A stretch of DNA of 12,999 nucleotides. Source: Octopus sinensis. Its lineage: Eukaryota. Below are positions 8,612 to 12,999 of the stretch, piece after piece. The first letter of the stretch is position 1. Every line of letters starts with the position of its first letter. The position numbers were made by a program, and so were the translations under genes. Under the pieces are notes generated by a model that had not been told where the DNA came from, ran no database searches, and saw only the letters and a program-made list of their open reading frames with translations. The stretch is from assembly GCF_006345805.1 (NCBI RefSeq), contig NW_021826357.1:1-12999 (forward strand), in the 5' to 3' direction.

Positions 8612-8810
8612 GTTTCAAATTTTCGTTCAAAGTCAGCGGTTTCGAGGGAGGTGCTAATGCGATTACGTCAACACTAGTGCTCAAGTGGTGTGCCATAGAC
8701 CTCGAAAGGATGAAAGCAAAGTCGACCAAAGTTGGATTTGATCTCAGAACGTAAAGACGGACGAAATGCCGCTAAGCACTTTTCCCGGTGTGCTAACGAT
8801 TTTGCCGGTC
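8612..8810 (-). mobile_element. SINE family A, decayed, tail type 2
   Basis: CGAAAGGATGAAAGCAAAGTCGACC...CTCAGAACGTAAAGACGGACGAAATGCCGCTAAGCA..GTGCTAACGATTTTGCC. Confidence 0.82.
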
Positions 8811-9383
8811 GTAGTACAGCGGGATTTTTGTCGAAGTGTGTATATGGTGCTTAGGAGAAAGACTTTTTCTGGAAGTTAACGGTAAGGAGTTGTAGAATTC
8901 TGTTTTATTTATTTCAGAAAAGAGACGAGAAAACTTGTAGTAAATGATGGATTAGGGGTAGGGGGTGGCTTAAAATTTTGTTTCTTGTTTCTTTTTTTCT
9001 CTTTTTTTTAATGTGATGAAGTGAATGAGTTTAATAACCTAAGATCAAAAAATCAAAAGGAAAACATTGAAGAAAAAGGGAATAAAAAAAGAAAGCTAGA
9101 TACCAAAACAAATAACAACAAAAACGCCACAAGGAAAGGAACAAAGCATACGATTAAAAACATGAAACTGAAGTAGTTGAAAGATCAAAGAAGAAAAACC
9201 AAATTGCATCAATAGAAACAGGTCATTGTCTGAATCAACAAAAACATCTTTTTTGCCCATTTTTCCTTCTTTTCTTTTTTAGGCAACAAGTGAGATTTTA
9301 CGAGTCTTTGACAAGCAAGAAAATCTAGCAAAGGTCATGGATTACAGCTTACCGTTTATGTAATTAAATATTCTTTATTTCAT

Positions 9384-9777
9384 GCTGTGTGGGTAAGAAG
9401 ATTGCTTCCCAATCATATGGTTTTTGGTTCTGTCCCGATGTGTGGCACCTTGGGCTAATGTCTGTAACTATAGCCCTGGAGTAACCAAAGCCTTATGAGT
9501 GGATCTAATAGACGGAAACTCAATAAAGCTCGTCGTATATGGTCTACATCTATAGGATTATCTTTGTGTTTCTCTTGTTTGTCTCCCACTATCACCTGAC
9601 AACCGGTGTTAGTTTGTTTACGTTACCGTAAAATAGCGGTTTAGCAAAAGACGCAGATAGAATAAGTACCAGACTTAAGCCATAAATACCGGGATAGATT
9701 TATTTGACTAAAATCCATCAGAACGGAGATCCAGCATGGCTGCAGTCCAATAACTGAAGGAAGCAAAAGGAAAAAAA
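9384..9777 (+). mobile_element. SINE family B, near full length, old and diverged
   Basis: GCTGTGTGGGTAAG...GGCACCTTGGGC...CCAAAGCCTTATGAGTGGAT...GACGGAAACT...GATAGAATAAGTACC...CCAGCATGGCTGCAGTC..ACTGAA is colinear with the reverse complement of 3720-4145. Internal microsatellite is eroded. Confidence 0.85.
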
Positions 9778-9782
9778 TATAT

Positions 9783-9830
9783 TTATAAGCAGTCAGTTTC
9801 GAATATTTGTGCATCGTCAGTATAAAGTCG
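9783..9830 (-). ncRNA. Decayed hammerhead-ribozyme-like motif, copy 3
   Basis: Minus: TTTATA-CTGACGA-TGCA CAAATA TTC-GAAAC-T-GAC-TGCT-TATAAA. CUGANGA and GAAAC intact; TTTATA/TATAAA can pair as stem I; cleavage triplet mutated (GAC). Confidence 0.4.
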
Positions 9831-9926
9831 CAGACAAGTTCTTCTGTTTTACTCCTCTTATACCCATTATTCTAAATGAGACAGAGGGACCGGAGCAAAG
9901 CAAGAGAGGAACAAGGATAAGAAAAC

Positions 9927-10123
9927 ATTCTTTTCTACTCTAGGCACAAGATCCGAAATTTTGGGGGAGGGTGCCAGTCGATTAGATCGACCACAGTACG
10001 CAACTGTTACTTAATTTATCAACGCCGAAAGGATGAAAGGCAAAGTCGACCTTGGCGGGATTTGAACTCAGAACGTAAAGACAGACGAAATACCGCTAAG
10101 CATTTCACTCGGCGTGCTAACGT
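9927..10123 (-). mobile_element. SINE family A, trimer unit 3 (tail type 2, lacks first ~20 nt)
   Basis: CTACTCTAGGCACAAG..TTGGGGGAGGG..GTCGATTAGATCGACC...GGCGTGCTAACGT. Confidence 0.88.
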
Positions 10124-10311
10124 CTCTTATTTCTTTATTGCCCACAAGGGGTTAAACATAGAGGGGACAAACAAGGACATACAAAGGAATTAAGTCGATT
10201 ACATCGACCCCAGTGCGTAACTGGTACTTAATTTATCGATCCCGAAACGATTAAAGGCAAAGTCGACATCGGCGGAATTTGAACTCAGAATGTAACGGCA
10301 GACGAAATACC
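10124..10311 (-). mobile_element. SINE family A, trimer unit 2 (tail type 1, lacks first ~45-50 nt including box A)
   Basis: Near-identical to the reverse complement of 51-234. Confidence 0.9.
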
Positions 10312-10543
10312 TATTTCTTTACTACTCACAAGGGGCTAAACACAGAGGGGACAAACAAGGACAGACATACGGATTAAGTCGATTACATCGACTCCAATGC
10401 GTAACTGGTACTTAATTTATCGACCCCGAAAGAATGAAAGGCAAAGTCGACCTCGGCGGAATTTGAACTCAGAACGTAACGGCAGACGAAATACCGCTAA
10501 GCATTTCGCCCGCTGTGCTAACGTTTCTGCCAGCTGGCCGTCT
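10312..10543 (-). mobile_element. SINE family A, trimer unit 1 (full length, tail type 1)
   Basis: Complete head AAGACGGCCAGCTGGCAGAAACGTTAGCAC on the minus strand, box B GAGTTCAAATTCC, tail GTAAAGAAATA. Confidence 0.92.
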
Positions 10544-10866
10544 TAAGGATAAGAAGACATTAGATAATATGGTCCTATATAGACTACTTTAGGATAAAAA
10601 GGAAATTTTCACAGTTGGAATGTTTGTTTGATGATGTCTGAGATCAGGTTAAAACATAGTCCTTCCTTACTCATCAGAATTCTCTTCATCTTACTGCACT
10701 TAAAATTAATAAACCGAATAAATTATGCAAATTTAAGACGAATTTCAAAGATCATCTTTAAAGATCACTTGATATTACATCAAGTGTTGTATACGTATGT
10801 ATTTATGAGATGCGCTTACAGTGTATCAAAGAGGAAACGTGCTCGTATTTATGTATATAATGTGGT

Positions 10867-11068
10867 CACACACACACACACACAAACATATATATATCTA
10901 CATATACGACGGGCTTCTCTAAGTTTCCGTCTACCAGATTCCCTCTCAAGGTTTTGGTCGGCCTAGGGATATAGTAGGAGACAATTGTCCGAGGCGCCAG
11001 GCAACGGGACTGAAGCTAGAACCGTGTGATTTGGAAATAGACTTTTTACCACAAACCTTGTCTGCGCT
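10867..11068 (-). mobile_element. SINE family B, diverged 5' half ending in its internal microsatellite
   Basis: ACGACGGGCTTC..AGTTTCCGTCTACCAGATTC..CAAGGTTTTGGTCGGCC...GGGACTGAA...TTACCAC. Confidence 0.82.
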
Positions 11069-11074
11069 TTCACA

Positions 11075-11673
<599 letters not shown>

Positions 11674-11852
11674 GCGTAATAACCAATAATTGGTATTTAT
11701 TGATCCAGTCTATTTGATACCATCCTACTTTCTTTCTAGTCAATATGTAAATAGACTTTACAGCGTTTCGTTTCCATTCAACCGCGAATCTGTCGGTTCT
11801 GGGGTCATGGCTTGTGCCAGTTCCATTAAAAGATAACATTATGATTATGAAA

Positions 11853-11872
11853 ATCATCATCATCATCATCAA

Positions 11873-11926
<54 letters not shown>

Positions 11927-11928
11927 AA

Positions 11929-11985
<57 letters not shown>
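11853..11985. repeat. Adjacent (ATC)n and (ATT)n trinucleotide repeats
   Basis: (ATC)n 11853-11930 then (ATT)n 11931-11985; source of the poly-I and poly-M ORF artefacts. Confidence 0.97.
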
Positions 11986-11986
<1 letters not shown>

Positions 11987-12002
11987 TGTCCCATTTTTTG
12001 TC

Positions 12003-12627
12003 ATGTATATATATATGTGTGTGTGTGTGTGTATATGCTTATTATTCGTATAGGTATGGATGTACTCATGTACGTATATTTGTATGTACATATATGTATA
12101 TAGATGTGTCTGTGGGTGTATGTAAGCTTTCTTTTTATGAGTATATATATAAAAAAAAGATGAAAATATTAATAGGTAGAATCATGTATAGATATATCGA
12201 TGTATCGATTTTGGCTGATACATTACACGTGTCATTTACATCAGTACACTTACATACGTATGTATGTATGTATGTATGTATGTATGTATGTATGTATGTA
12301 TGTATGTATGTATATATGTATGTATGTATGTATTATGTATGTATGTATGTATGTATGTATGTATGTATGTATGTATCTATGTATGTGTGCGTGTGTATAT
12401 ATATGTATATATATATATACGTATGTAAATATATATTCATATATGCATATGTATACTTGTACATATATCCATATATCCATATATACATATATACATATGT
12501 ATAAATATAACAGTAATAATTAATCTACAGTTTGTAGAGCATTATATACTTTTAGGCAGCTCAACGATTTGTAGCGTATTATATGTTTTGATACATATTA
12601 TTAAACGTCATATCATATGTATATCTG

Positions 12628-12658
<31 letters not shown>

Positions 12659-12835
12659 ATGTGTGTGTGTATGTGTGTGTGTGTGGATACATATTGTATA
12701 TATTCATATCTGCATACATATACATACAAATACATTTATCCATGTATTGTACACTAGCTCGCATGCACAACGTATACAATTTCTCACGCTAAACATAAAC
12801 CTTCTAATATATATATATATATACATATATACATT
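12003..12835. repeat. Compound (TA)/(TG)/(TATG)n low-complexity block with unique spacers
   Basis: Direct reading; (TATG)n about 12257-12385. Confidence 0.9.
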
Positions 12836-12999
12836 ATAAAATGTAGTACGTTTATATTGGACATAATTGTTCGTGAGAGATTAGTGGTTATAGATTTTAC
12901 GGTTGTGAGGGTAAATACTGCGAAATGTCTTTGAGGGCAGAGATAAGTTATGGAATGAGTCGTGGGGTAGTTGTTATCTGTATTTTGAGAATAGTTTGC

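Noticed and set aside
7786-8810. CRISPR-like or satellite array
   Set aside because: The units are diverged SINE copies in eukaryotic DNA, with no repeat-spacer architecture.
8900-8945. Strong-looking acceptor TTTATTTATTTCAG with a small exon
   Set aside because: No convincing donor or reading frame; such sites are common in AT-rich DNA.
8949-8968. G-rich run as a G-quadruplex
   Set aside because: Only two runs of three or more G.
10640-10677. CTGATGAG on the minus strand as a further hammerhead
   Set aside because: No downstream GAAA, stem II or cleavage triplet.
11800-11850. Very decayed SINE A tail 2 (GGCTTGTGCC) before (ATC)n
   Set aside because: Similarity too short to support a call.

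Overview
AT-rich, non-coding eukaryotic genomic DNA (intron or intergenic) with no supportable host gene. Roughly a third is compound microsatellite, which accounts for most ORFs in the supplied track; most of the others are read-through of SINE, LINE or Helitron sequence. The rest is layered mobile DNA. Three tRNA-derived SINE families (here A, B, C) give about 15 copies or fragments, including a run of five same-strand decayed A copies and a head-to-tail A trimer. There are also 3' fragments of RTE- and CR1-type LINEs and a ~390 bp non-autonomous Helitron. The SINE types and microsatellite load resemble octopus DNA; this is recognition from memory, not a database result. The most interesting signal is a dispersed AT-rich repeat present three times (about 3045-3200 -, 4240-4410 +, and 9352-9845 -, split by a SINE). 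Each copy carries a decayed minimal type I hammerhead-ribozyme core (CTGATGA-TGCACAAA..-GAAAC-N-GTC), suggesting a retrozyme- or Penelope-related family. None of the three copies is structurally perfect.
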